This document shows, in pieces, positions 1 through 13,241 of a stretch of DNA of 40,052 nt (the stretch's first letter is position 1; every line of letters starts with the position of its first letter). A model generated the notes under the pieces. The model was not told the origin of the DNA. It was given only the letters and a program-made list of their open reading frames with translations, and made no database searches. The stretch is from Octopus bimaculoides (taxonomy: Eukaryota), in contig NC_068983.1 in NCBI RefSeq assembly GCF_001194135.2, positions 139,006,524 to 139,046,575 of the forward strand, given 5' to 3'. The translations under genes and the position numbers were made by a program.

Positions 1-61
1 ATATATATATTTATATATATGTACATATACATATATGTATATGTGGTGTGTGTATATTTGT

Positions 62-256
62 GTGCCTGTGTTTGTCTCCCAGCATCACTTGACAACCGAT
101 GCTGTTGCGTTTACGTCCCCGTAATCTAGATGTTCGGCAAAATAGACCGATAGAGTATGTACTTGGCTTACAAAGAATTATCTCTGTGCTCCAGCATTGC
201 TGCAGTTAAATGCAGTTAAATGACTGAAGCAACTAAAAGAATAAAAGGATAAAAGA
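62..256 (+). mobile_element. SINE family 1 (octopus-type tRNA-derived SINE), 3' half
   Basis: ttgacaaccgatg...tttacgtccccgtaa...ttcggcaaaatagaccgatag..., ending in an (AAAAGAAT)-like tail. It is similar to the reverse complement of 20990-21130 in this window. The family assignment is from recall. Confidence 0.7.
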
Positions 257-294
<38 letters not shown>

Positions 295-409
295 TCACAT
301 TTTTTCCTCATCTTCTTCGTCAAATCCTTTACTTTCTCAATTCGCGTATCGTTTTCCCTTCTGCAGATTTCTACCCTTACATAGAGGACCAACCCATTTC
401 CTTTCATCA

Positions 410-944
410 CCCCGAGGGCACTCACTAAACGAATTGAAAACATGACGGATCTCGATTACTGGGACCGCCTTAAAGCCTTGAAACTTTACTCTCCGCAGCG
501 CCGCCGCGAGCGGTACATCATTTGTGGAGAATATACTGTCAACATTACCCAAACGACCGGAACATTAGTTTCAAGGTTCATTCAAAGCTGGATCCACGGG
601 TCATACGTCCACTGCCCAATTCAGGATCACAACATATAGGTACACTGCGACATAATTTCTTTTCATCAACATGTTCTGCCCTGTTTAACATTGTCCCAAA
701 ACTGATCAAAGAGGAAAAGGATCCCATCACATTTAAACGAAGTCTGGACAGTTTTCTTCAAGGAATACCAGATAAGTCAGCCATACCTGGATACAACTCA
801 CTGAACAAGAACTCACTACTTGAATGGACCATAAACAAAACTTGACTTAAAAAGGATTTAGATAATTCTATCAGGTGGTGCTATTCAGTTAGACATCGCC
901 TGGACCAATCTTTGGTCGAAACATATCTAAGTTTATCTAAGTTT
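410..944 (+). mobile_element. CR1/L2-like LINE 3' end (RT C-terminal remnant, frameshifted)
   Basis: Frames give ALTKRIENMTDLDYWDRLKALKLYSPQRRRERYII and LFNIVPKLIKEEKDPITFKRSLDSFLQGIPDKSAIPGY...NSLLEW, typical C-terminal motifs of CR1-group LINE ORF2. It ends in a tandem tail (ATCTAAGTTT)2 at 925-944. Confidence 0.8.
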
Positions 945-1253
945 AATACATTTACACATACATATATCTTTCATTCCTTCCGTTCTAACGCCGTTTATAT
1001 TTCTGATTCTCGCATTATTTTCTCTCTTTTTTCTTTCTAACCCAGTCTGTCTTTCCTTCTATCTACTTACTTTCTCTTCCTGTCTTATACTTATCCATAT
1101 TCTTAAATGAGTTGATGGCGTACTCTTTTGGCTATACATATTGAAATATTTCTATACGTCCATCAAATTGTTCATAATTTCAAAACTTTAACTCAGGAAA
1201 TTTTACGGCAATGTATGCATTCTCTAAAATGTATTAAACGACTTCAAACTCCC

Positions 1254-1255
<2 letters not shown>

Positions 1256-1328
<73 letters not shown>

Positions 1329-1410
1329 TATGTGTGCGTGTACATGTAAGTGTACATATACACGCGCTCGCACGCATGCATGCACACACACACACACACA
1401 CACACACATA
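1256..1410. repeat. (TA)n / (CA)n compound microsatellite
   Basis: Directly visible. Confidence 0.95.
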
Positions 1411-1870
1411 AATGTGTGTGTCTGTCTCTAGAAATACATATATCAAGGTAAATTTATCAAATTATTCACGAGCTTACATTTGTTTCAGTGGCGCGGAAGT
1501 AAACTTTTCGTGAGAAGAATAACATAAAATTAACGTTTGGGTTTATCAGAGAATCTATGTATTCATAAAAAGTAAAAGTAAAATAATCAAATACTTATTA
1601 AACTAAGTGTAATCTTTGTTTTAATTATATATATTAATATATGATTTCATTATCCATCGTTTTTAGGTTTTGTGCTTTAAGGACAGATAATATATGTTTT
1701 CAATATCCATCGTTTTTAGGTTTTGCACTTTTAATCTAATTGTATACCGCAAGTATATATTTTTACTCTTCTGGTGAAGCGTTAATTTCTGCGCCATTCA
1801 CACATTTATATTCAGATGATATTGTATTTTGTAATAAGTGTACCTTGTTTCTCTTTGGTTAAATAATCGC

Positions 1871-2416
1871 TATATGTATATATGTATACATCCCAAATAT
1901 ATTATAGGATCTGCATGCACACACATCTTTGAGTTACATGTAGGTTAAACATCAACTATGAATCATTTACGGGTGGACTTTGAATTATAATGCATAATAT
2001 GGGGTTCTAAATAATTGTTACATGCCGAGCTTCTAGGTAACTTAATACACAGCTATACGTAAACAGACATATACATATGCATAAATNNNNNNNNNNNNNN
2101 NNNNNNNNNNNNNNNNNNNNNNNNNNNNNNNNNNTGTGTATATACATATATATATGCATGCATGTATGTATGTATGTGTGTATATACATATATACGTGCG
2201 TATATGTATATATGTATACATCCCAAATATATTATAGGATCTGCATGCACACACATCTTTGAGTTACATGTAGGTTAAACATCAACTATGAATCATTTAC
2301 GGGTGGACTTTGAATTATAATGCATAATATGGGGTTCTAAATAATTGTTACATGCCGAGCTTCTAGGTAACTTAATACACAGCTATACGTAAACAGACAT
2401 ATACATATGCATAAAT
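1871..2416 (+). repeat. 216-bp exact direct repeat (1871-2086 and 2201-2416) flanking a 48-N gap
   Basis: The two copies read identical, with a period of 330 bp. Confidence 0.9.
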
Positions 2417-3953
2417 GCATGTATATTAATACATGCATGCACACACTATGAAACACACACACACATATATTAGAAAAATACATATCGTATAATATGGCTC
2501 CAAATCTAATCTATAGTGACACATTTGATGCTACCACTAACATGCATATAGAGGTAGATTACTAGCAATATATCAGCCTTTGTTTTAAAGTTGTATGTGT
2601 GTGTTTTTGTATATGTATGTACGTAAGTATAAATATTGCTTATATGATATATATGTGTGCATATATCTTTATATATCTTTGTGCATATACATTTTATATG
2701 TGTGTGTATATGAATAGTAATAATAATGATAATAATAATAATAATAATGATAATAATAATACATGATATCCATTTTGGATATTTCATAAATGTACATGGA
2801 CTTCTAAATATTTGTTATAGACTATGCAGCTTAAACAATATAGTAACGCACATATGTATGTGCGTGAGTGTGTGTGCGTGTGGCATGTGTTATGTAAGTG
2901 CCTTGCTTTGTTTTTTCACGAGTACAAGTTTTACTTTGTATACGCAAGGAAAATTGTGTACCAGTAGAGAAACATTGCGTGGATACTTAGAACATTCTGA
3001 ACAGTTTGTTTTGTACTCTCTATTATAATAACAAAGAAAATATTTATGATTGCTGCTGTAATTAGTATATATATTTATTACTGACTGGTGCTTCCACGGA
3101 GAATATGTCTCCAGTTTTGAATTTTTTAGCATCATTATGAAAAAAGGTCCCAGTTATACGTAAGATCTGTACTTTCTAAATTCCTTCACGTTCACTGCCA
3201 TCTTATCTGTTCAACATAATGTTACCAGCGGGCAATGCATCAGAAAGAATTGTTTATAATCTTAGAATCTAATAATAGAAAACCCCAAACACCTTTTCAT
3301 ACATGCATGCCTATGTTAAAATAAGCGATTATATGTGTGCGTCTATCACGTCTGTGTAGTTATATCTATTTATCTATAATATATNNNNNNNNNNNNNNNN
3401 NNNNNNNNNNNNNNNNNNNNNNNNNNNNNNNNNNNNNNNNNNNNNNNNNNNNNNNNNNNNNNNNNNNNNNNNNNNNNNNNNNNNNNNNNNNNNNNNNNNN
3501 NNNNNNNNNNNNNNNNNNNNNNNNNNNNNNNNNNNNNNNNNNNNNNNNNNNNNNNNNNNNNNNNNNNNNNNNNNNNNNNNNNNNNNNNNNNNNNNNNNNN
3601 NNNNNNNNNNNNNNNNNNNNNNNNNNNNNNNNNNNNNNNNNNNNNNNNNNNNNNNNNNNNNNNNNNNNNNNNNNNNNNNNNNNNNNNNNNNNNNNNNNNN
3701 NNNNNNNNNNNNNNNNNNNNNNNNNNNNNNNNNNNNNNNNNNNNNNNNNNNNNNNNNNNNNNNNNNNNNNNNNNNNNNNNNNNNNNNNNNNNNNNNNNNN
3801 NNNNNNNNNNNNNNNNNNNNNNNNNNNNNNNNNNNNNNNNNNNNNNNNNNNNNNNNNNNNNNNNNNNNNNNNNNNNNNNNNNNNNNNNNNNNNNNNNNNN
3901 NNNNNNNNNNNNNNNNNNNNNNNNNNNNNNNNNNNNNNNNNNNNNNNNNNNNN

Positions 3954-4032
<79 letters not shown>

Positions 4033-4650
4033 GATAGATTGCCATAAGTATTCAGATAAATACCTACTAAGTATCTGAATGGATATGCCGTTGCGCAAGG
4101 TCGTACATATAACTGCCGACATGCGTGCATATACAGATTTCATATATTTGTGTATATAGGTATGAATATGTCCACGTACGTGCTTGTGGGCGTGATTTCA
4201 TAGGTGTGCGCTTATGTTTATATGCGTGAATGTGTGTGTAAGTGAGTGTGTGCGTGTGTGTGTGTGTGTGTGTAAATATGTTGGTGTATATCCTGGTGTA
4301 ATATGTGTTCGTATTGCAATTTTAATAATTTATATCCCGAACTCCCGTCACTACTTATATTTATCCCTTTATAAATAATAAACATCATACATCAAAAGCG
4401 ATGTTGTTGTTCCATACCCAGAGATTATCTGTCTATGTTAAGCTCTCACTCTCTGTACATATGTGTATACATACAGATACACATAGATACATACATATAT
4501 AAGCTTCGGCCATCTTGGTTGGCCGAAATATCGAAGTCACTCGTAGAAATATTCTTGTATAAGAATAATAATTTTCTGCTCTACAAAAGTAAAGACTAAC
4601 TCATCAGAATATTGTAAAAATTGCTCTTGTTCGAATAGAATTCACAAACA

Positions 4651-4682
<32 letters not shown>

Positions 4683-4692
4683 NNNNNNNNNN

Positions 4693-4727
<35 letters not shown>

Positions 4728-5188
4728 CAGGCACACACACACATGCACATACATATATACACACACTCACAAAAATATGTATGTAAAGAATGCTTTAATT
4801 TTTACTGTATTTGTGGAGTAATTGACAAATGAAATCACTGGAGCATGATGGAAAACAATTCTAGGATACTGCTTAACAAGATGCACATTGTGTCTTAGGA
4901 AAACATACAAGCTATCATATTTCTTTCCAATTTCTTTTTTAATAATACAACCTACAAGTGTGTAGAAATTCCTCATTCCGCTGATCTGTTCTGACCACTG
5001 ATACATATCCACTACGTCTTAAGCAATGGAGTTGCGCCAGTTATCAGATTACACATGTATATATGTGTGTGAGTGCCTAAACACCAACTCTTATATAGGC
5101 AAGGTTGTAATTCTACAATATAGGAATATACACGTGTAATAATGCATTTACATATTCAAAAATTGACATAGATAAGCACACATAATCT

Positions 5189-5283
<95 letters not shown>

Positions 5284-6098
5284 GTACACATACATACACT
5301 CCTATATATACATACATGTATATATATGTATGTATAGGCATTGTGCATGTATATATGAATGTCTATATGTCGTTTGTAGGCATGTATAAAGGTAGGTATG
5401 CATCTGTCCTGAAACACATATTCATTTACGTGTCATTTCTATAATACCAATCTAAATTTTAATTGAACTCAAGCTTCCATTGTTTAGCAGACTGAATCTT
5501 TAATATTTATACAACAGACATATATTCGGTAGTATTTCATGAATATAATATTATATTTATGACCATTGCAGTATGCAGTTTAAATATTTTATGCGTTATT
5601 ATTAGTGGTTATTTTTTCTGATATACTTATTTGTCTTTCGTATTCCATATTTTCATAGTTCAGCTCAGTTATACATGAAAAATATTTTTATGACATTCTG
5701 ATGTATATCTCTGTTGTATATGTGTATATATGTATATCTATAAACACACAGACACAAAGTCACACACACACACATATATATATATATCTACCTATGCCTG
5801 TCTGTAAATATACATATATATATATATACATATATGTATATACATGAATATATATGTATATATATATATATTTTATACACACTTACACATGTGTAAAAAA
5901 ATTGAAGAGAACAAAATTATATAATTTTTGTATATTATATATAGTTTACGTATTATGGAGTTCCTTTCCTTTTCTACAAACACACATACTCTCACACACA
6001 CATATGTATATATATAAATATATATGTATACACGCATATATATGCATCCATAAAAATGTAGATATCTGCCTGTTTATATGCATACATATGCATACTTT

Positions 6099-6136
<38 letters not shown>

Positions 6137-6684
6137 TNNNNNNNNNNNNNNNNNNNNNNNNNNNNNNNNNNNNNNNNNNNNNNNNNNNNNNNNNNNNNNN
6201 NNNNNNNNNNNNNNNNNNNNNNNNNNNNNNNNNNNNNNNNNNNNNNNNNNNNNNNNNNNNNNNNNNNNNNNNNNNNNNNNNNNNNNNNNNNNNNNNNNNN
6301 NNNNNNNNNNNNNNNNNNNNNNNNNNNNNNNNNNNNNNNNNNNNNNNNNNNNNNNNNNNNNNNNNNNNNNNNNNNNNNNNNNNNNNNNNNNNNNNNNNNN
6401 NNNNNNNNNNNNNNNNNNNNNNNNNNNNNNNNNNNNNNNNNNNNNNNNNNNNNNNNNNNNNNNNNNNNNNNNNNNNNNNNNNNNNNNNNNNNNNNNNNNN
6501 NNNNNNNNNNNNNNNNNNNNNNNNNNNNNNNNNNNNNNNNNNNNNNNNNNNNNNNNNNNNNNNNNNNNNNNNNNNNNNNNNNNNNNNNNNNNNNNNNNNN
6601 NNNNNNNNNNNNNNNNNNNNNNNNNNNNNNNNNNNNNNNNNNNNNNNNNNNNNNNNNNNNNNNNNNNNNNNNNNNNNNNNNNNN

Positions 6685-6721
<37 letters not shown>

Positions 6722-6871
6722 GTGCATCATCATTATATATGCGATTGCATGTATGAATGCATGAAATATTATCTGCCTGTGTATGTTCCTCCAACAGAGG
6801 TTTTGTTATATATATTTTCTCCGCCACCATCTATAAAATATTCTTCTCTATCGATCTCTTTGAATGTTTGG

Positions 6872-7132
6872 TTATGAATCAATAATTTTATTTGCGTAAC
6901 ATTTATGTCCACATTGGCATTTTTTAATCCACATGAACGATAGGAACACGCGTTCGCGTTTGGAGCATTCAAATTCAATCGTCCGATGACGTGTTATTTG
7001 TGGATAACAACAACGGTTTACTTTACAGTTTGAACAGAACTTCAGGCGGTGTTCCTTCACGCTGCGGCAGTCTTGAAATACGATGCGGTATTTTTCGTGA
7101 GCCTTTGCTGTCGGTGTGCATTTTTTGTGTTT
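6872..7132 (-). CDS. CCN: CCN-family protein, last coding exon (C-terminal cystine-knot, CT domain)
   Basis: Acceptor cttctgtcttttcAG|AAA CAC (AG = plus-strand ct at 7133-7134), phase 0. Translation: KHKKCTPTAKAHEKYRIVFQDCRSVKEHRLKFCSNCKVNRCCYPQITRHRTIEFECSKRERVFLSFMWIKKCQCGHKCYANKIIDS*. The ten Cys have spacing C-16-C-10-C-2-C-4-CC-13-C-15-C-1-C-3-C, as in the vertebrate CCN2/CTGF CT domain, and the exon also opens with K-x-K-K-C. The symbol is family-level; no specific paralogue is claimed. Confidence 0.95.
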   Translation of the reverse strand, partial: KHKKCTPTAKAHEKYRIVFQDCRSVKEHRLKFCSNCKVNRCCYPQITRHRTIEFECSKRERVFLSFMWIKKCQCGHKCYANKIIDS

Positions 7133-10100
7133 CTGAAAAGACAGAAGTAAAAAGAGGTAATTATTATATCAATAAATTAATACATATATGGCTAATACAA
7201 CATTTTCCTGCATACGCTGGAGCCTTTATTGTTTCGATCGACTCCCTATGCTAGATGCATTAATTTGCTTACATTTCATTCTCACACACATACACACGCA
7301 CACACAAACATGCACATATACAGGGATTGAATAAACGAATGGCACACTCCGTCCGCTCCCTGACAAAGTAGCTCCATAAGTAGCTCCATATTGCTCAACT
7401 GGCCGGTCTGAAATGAAAATATATCTCTACACTCCTTCGTGGGGCATAAAGTCACATATAGTAAATGTAATGAATTCCACAGCGGAAGAAACATTACAGA
7501 GGTACGCATACGGATTAGGTAACACTGGTGAAAAAATAATTTAATCCTTAAATTTGTTGGATACAGACTCTATTTGGAAGATATGACAAATTCATCTTTG
7601 ACGCATGAAGGTATGTTGTCTGCCCCACTTTCTTTTTACTGTACATGTACAGATTACGTATTGTCACTGCTTAAGAACAGTCACATCTAATACAGCTGTA
7701 ACTGTTCTTCATTCTTTCCTAAATTTCAGAAACCAAACATCCTTGAAGACCCTCCAATGTTAAGTCATTGTCCAGTTTGCTCATTAAGTTCCGTCAATGT
7801 CAGCATAACAGATATACATATAATACCCGCATCAAGAAAAATATGCTGTATTCTATCACATCCTAAATGCAAATAGCACATATGTAGAATACACAACATT
7901 TCTACAGATGCTATAGCTGCCATTAGTGAGAATATTTTCTAATGAATGCAAACTGTCAACATCGCGACTACTGCATCACAGTGAATGACTCTCCTCTTCA
8001 GAGCCACAAAAAATTCACTTGACTAAAATTTCCTTGCCGTATACAAAGCTTGTGTAACTAACATTGAAACACTGCTTTCAGATCTGGTCCAAGAATGACA
8101 CTACACTCATTCAGTCAAAAGAAATCCATTTAACGTGATCAATGCAAAATGTCTTAGGAAAAGGCTTAAATCTCAGTCTTACAGACGTGCATACTCTCTT
8201 CATTTTTTTTTACCAGCAATAATGAGTTCTCTACTCCTCAAAACTTGCGGCTGTCGACCACTTCTACGAAACTAATCTCCTCTATCCCTTCACCTTATCC
8301 AAATCATATTCACGTCCTATTTCAAGCTCTAACACCTAATCACAGTCCTTCATCTACAAGTAAAATTTTCCGTAGCCATCATTTCGATTCTGTTTACAGA
8401 ATGTTAACCGAATTTTGCACGTGCATTCACATCTATTTGAATAAACTATGGATGATCTATTGAATACAAGTGTTGCTAAATACAGTGAAATTAGGGTTAA
8501 ATACATTCTGAAAGGAACACAAGTGTGAGTAGGTCCCTTTTCCTTGATCTTTGAGAATGTTTTACAGCTGCAGAACAAATATTTTAAAAGTGCACATACT
8601 TGAAATTCATACATACATACATACATACATACATACATACATACATGCATACATACATAATACATATATNNNNNNNNNNNNNNNNNNNNNNNNNNNNNNN
8701 NNNNNNNNNNNNNNNNNNNNNNNNNNNNNNNNNNNNNNNNNNNNNNNNNNNNNNNNNNNNNNNNNNNNNNNNNNNNNNNNNNNNNNNNNNNNNNNNNNNN
8801 NNNNNNNNNNNNNNNNNNNNNNNNNNNNNNNNNNNNNNNNNNNNNNNNNNNNNNNNNNNNNNNNNNNNNNNNNNNNNNNNNNNNNNNNNNNNNNNNNNNN
8901 NNNNNNNNNNNNNNNNNNNNNNNNNNNNNNNNNNNNNNNNNNNNNNNNNNNNNNNNNNNNNNNNNNNNNNNNNNNNNNTATTTTATCATACAACACATGG
9001 CAGTTGTTATCAATGCCTTTCCTTAAACTTATTGAACTATACATTTTTTCAATTTTATTAGTTGCTGGGTAAAGTGATTCTGCGTTTAATAATCATGAAT
9101 AGTCTTCCGGTTTCTATACTTGTAATTAGCGATCAATTTATACTTTCACGGAACAAAACAAAAGTTTCAATTGTGAAATTGAATAAATGGAAATCCGAAC
9201 CACTATAGCTTTTTAGTATTTCATTGCAAAACATCGTTATTGTTTTGAATAGAAACAACAAATTATTGATTATTCATTCTTTTCCATGGAGTCAATTTTA
9301 TCTTGTTGATCTAAACTTAATGCATCAAAAATTACAAAATTAAAAACAAAAAACACATATATACAATTTCACCGTAAACAATTCATTAACAATTTTTACA
9401 GAAGCGTGGAGGAGCGTTGATATATACACCATAAAGACGTGCCAGTTTAATTTTTTCCAGTTTGGAGTTAAAATTTCGTCGATTTAAACGTAGCATTTCG
9501 TTCATGAATAGTGTATCTATGTCATAAAATATGCAATGCAAAAGTTGGTAAAGTGGTATAGCACTGTAATAAATACCTTTCAATAATTAATAATGGTCAT
9601 TTATCAAATTTAACTAGGCATCCTGCTTCTCAAAACATATAGATTAAGTGTCACAGGAATATTTTCCCCGTTGCGATTAATGAGAATTATGTCTGGCTTT
9701 CAAGTCTCAAAGCTACAAACCTAGATTTCCAAATCAAATTTTGTTTAGATGATGACATAAATAAGGAAATATTTAGATACAGACATGAGATACCAGCTAG
9801 TATTAATAAGAACGATTTCTCATTTAGGTACAAGACCAGAATTTACAAAAAATAAAATTTAAACGTCGGATCTGTTATCCTGAAACTAATTAGCATACAG
9901 GTGTTGTCAGCTTCAATAATAATCGGTGTCTCAATACTGCAGGCGGTTTCTTTTTGGATAAAAGGAATTTAATTTAAATTTAATGACACAATGTTTAATT
10001 TTTTTAACATCTGTAGAAGAAAAGTTTCCATATATATTAAATGTTTGTATGTTATATGTTGTTGCACATATAGCTTTATATACAATGAATGTTTTTGAAA

Positions 10101-10652
10101 TCTTAATCTCCCAATAGCCTTCTAGTACTTAGTCTCCTAATAATTTTCATATTTTATTTAGATTTGCTTTAATAATAAATATATTTACACAACAGCGCTG
10201 AGTTGCGCTAAAACGTCTGTCTATTTTGATTGAAAGTCTGATTAAAAAGTATTTTAGTGAGTGGGGCACCAAGGTTGTCACATAATTCCACATAGAAATT
10301 GTACAAAAATATTCAATTGATCATTTTCAAATAGCCACGTAACTGACAAAAGTAAATTTAAGCTGCTGACCACCAGCAGAGCGCAGACGATATTAGCGTC
10401 AAGAATACTCTGATGATATTCACATTGCAATTAATTATTCTTCAAATATAGTAGAATTACACATAGAGATTAGAGAAAGTGGGAGGTCCCAGACAAGCTA
10501 TCAGGGTGGAGGCAGGGGACAGTTTATCAAAGTCTTTACTATTGCATTTTATATAGAAGTATTTAAAACAGAAAGGGAAAAATGCTTTAGTAATTGGTTC
10601 AATTTTTGATATTGGAAATATTAATATTTAAAAAAAAAAACGATATAGCCTC

Positions 10653-10751
<99 letters not shown>

Positions 10752-10790
10752 ATAGTTGTTGTTGTTGTTGTAATAGTAGTAGTATAATTA
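10653..10790. repeat. (TTA)n(GTA)n(GTT)n compound trinucleotide microsatellite
   Basis: Directly visible. Confidence 0.95.
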
Positions 10791-11159
10791 TGATTGATAG
10801 ACTTATTGTTGCATAATCGATAGAGCAGTGAACAAAATAATTTGAGACATTTGAGACTGGCGCCCAATACCGTTCGGCTTTTTAAAAAAAATAATTGGTT
10901 AAAAAGATAGAAAGAGCAGTCAAATCTCCGTCAGACTACAGCTTGGCTTTAAAAATATATATAATAAAATGAAGGATACTTTAGCCAATGCAGTGAAAGC
11001 TATACTCAAAAAAGCGCAACGATCAATGCTGCCTTTTCTTTTATAATAATCTGCTAGATTATGGTTAACCCGGAAGTAATCAATTTGTGATATTTATTTA
11101 CATTTTGGGTTCAAACTCCGTGATTTTTGACATTCCTTACCTTCTTATAATGTCCCTAA

Positions 11160-12130
11160 AAGGAAGTACTAAACTTTGAACAAGTGGAATTTATCCTAAA
11201 GTTCCATTGAAGTTTGCAAACGCAATCGAAGTGCTGAGTTTCGGTAGGAATTTCAATCAAATCCGCCCACACGACTTACCATTCCTCGAATTAGAGATGG
11301 AAATGTTTACAAATATCCAAAAGAAACTTTCCAGAAGACTGCAGACATAAATGAGCCCCGCAAAACAAGAAAAGTTAGTAGAGACATTATCTGAGTACAA
11401 GAGAATATGTGCAGCAAGTAAGGCGTGCGACGAAATTTTAAAATCAAGCGTTCGTTCAGTTTTAAAGTTCTGTCACTGGTATAATTACATTCCAAGTAGA
11501 GTCCACACTCTCAATGAAAATGATCCGGATCGAAATGTGTAAAGGTGTAGATGATTCACAGTTTCAAATAAAAGTGTTTACAATGCTGAGACTAAATTTA
11601 AAATAAGTGGCTAAATTAATCCGATGCAGGCGACCAGAAACTTCGAATATAATCTAGGAATATCTTGTCAATATACCAGAAGTTAGAATATGGTGTGGCT
11701 AATCATGAGTTGGACAATTATGTCTTGATGTGTTTGTATCTGGTCTTATTTATTGAAATTTTCTGCGACAATCTCTCATGCCAACCATTCAAGACTACTT
11801 TGAAGATATGGAGATGTAGAGTTATATTTCCAGCATGATAATATAAAGGCCTACTTTGAAACTTTGTCAAACTCATAAATCGGCCGAAGAGGTTTCGTAT
11901 AATACATGCAGCATTAACCGATCCTCACACCGCTCGAATTTTTTATAGGGATATATAAAAGATAATGTTTACGGTACAAAACCAGCAACGATCGAGGAAT
12001 TTAGGGCGGCCATTGAACGGGAATGCGCACAAATAACGAATGAAAGGTTGAAACATTGCTTGATATTTGCAATTCCATTGGTTCGCGTTATCAACAGTTT
12101 CTGGACCGGAAAGGATATCAGAATTAAAAA
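11160..12130 (+). mobile_element. Fossil Tc1/mariner-superfamily transposase (rosa/maT-like), many stops and frameshifts
   Basis: Collinear motifs: PPTRLTIPRIRD (11263-11298), LKSSVRSVLKFCHWYNYIPSRVHTLNENDPDR (HTH region), IWCG (~11689), FQHD (~11828), PILTPLEFF..YIKDNVYGTKPATIEEFRAAIERECAQI (cf. SPDLTPLDFFLWG). TIRs were not identified and boundaries are approximate. Confidence 0.8.
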
Positions 12131-12564
12131 TAAATTTCTGTCTGTAGATTCTTTTTAATTTAAAAAGTTATATATATTTTAATAAGCATAATCATTCAAA
12201 ATGTACATACATTGAATGTATGTATGTATGCCTCCCCTCTCTCTCTTTCTATCTGTCTATCTCTGTTTATCTATACCTGTGCATGTATGCATTTATGCAT
12301 GTATGTATGCTTGTATTCACAGATTCGCAGAATTAACGGAAATGAAAGCGAATCAGTAACATTATTATTAATGGTGGAGGCGTGCTAGAGAGCATCCTGC
12401 AATATGCTTAGTTTTGTCGCGTAACGTTATGAGATCGTATCTCGTTGTACTCAGCTTCGTATTGCATCTATTCAGGCTTCATGGTTATAAGTACTAGGAT
12501 GCCTTTATTTCATTGCATTGTCTTAGTTGCAAATGCGTGGCTTATAACAGACTCATACAAAAAA

Positions 12565-13180
12565 GAGCGGAGAATTAGCAGAAACGGTAGTGATATACAA
12601 AATGCCTGCGGTATTTATTTACATTTCTGTATATTATGTAGTAATGTCGCCCAGTGGTTAGGGCAGCGGACTCGCGGTCGTAGGATCGCGGTTTCGAATC
12701 CCAGACCGGGCGTTGTGGGTGTTTATTGAGCGAAAACACCTAAAGCTCCACGAAGCTCCGGCATGGGATGGTGGTGAACCCTGCTGTACTCTTTCACCAC
12801 AACTTTCTCTCAATCCTACTTCCTGTTTCTGTTGTGCCTGTAATTCAAAGGGTCAGCCTTGTCACACTGTGTCACGCTGAATATCCCCAAGAACTACGTT
12901 AATGGTACACGTGTCTGTGGAGTGCTCAGCCACTTGCACGTTGAATATCCCCAAGAACTACGTTAATGGTACACGTGTCTGTGGAGTGCTCAGCGACTTG
13001 CACGTTAATTTCACGAGCAGGCTGTTGCGTTGATCGGATCAACTGGAAACCTCGACGTCGTAAGCGACGGAGTGCCAACAAGTAGTAATATCACTCCGAA
13101 GTAAAGTTAGCCTTTCATCTTTCTACAGTCGATAAAGTTATGTAACCATCGAGTACTGGGATCGATATTATAAATTAACA
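12565..13180 (+). mobile_element. SINE family 3, old copy interrupted by the family-2 SINE
   Basis: Joining 12565-12645 to 13090-13180 restores a degenerate match to the 16766-16984 element (gcagaaac..tag ... gcctttcat..t...gtcgataaa..ta...acc ... tactggg.tcgat). Confidence 0.6.
12646..13081 (+). mobile_element. SINE family 2: tRNA-headed SINE with 8-bp TSD and internal 64-bp tandem duplication
   Basis: A-box-like tcgcccagtgg (12647-12657), B-box-like gtttcgaatcc (12691-12701), short caacaa tail. Flanking direct repeat GTAGTAAT at 12638-12645 and 13082-13089. Duplication 12878-12941 / 12942-13005 with one mismatch. Confidence 0.85.
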
Positions 13181-13241
13181 TTATGTTCAAATTTCTGCTC
13201 TTCTAGATAGAGATTACTTTTATTAAATATTATTATCATTG

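Noticed and set aside
1651-1725. 22-bp direct repeat TATCCATCGTTTTTAGGTTTTG, 53 bp apart
   Set aside because: An isolated local duplication with no functional context.
4050-4080. 9-bp inverted repeat ATTCAGATA/TATCTGAAT
   Set aside because: A short AT-rich stem of this size is expected by chance, and there is no evidence the 3' UTR extends this far.
4505-4527. Perfect 8-bp hairpin TTCGGCCA/TGGCCGAA followed by GAAATATC, reminiscent of hammerhead stem II plus GAAA
   Set aside because: No CUGANGA directly upstream on either strand. At most it is a truncated Penelope-like tail, which is unsupported.
7590-8200. Complex, possibly once-coding stretch (e.g. minus-strand LMSKLDNDLTLEGLQGCLVSEI)
   Set aside because: Frequent stops and no motif I can assign.
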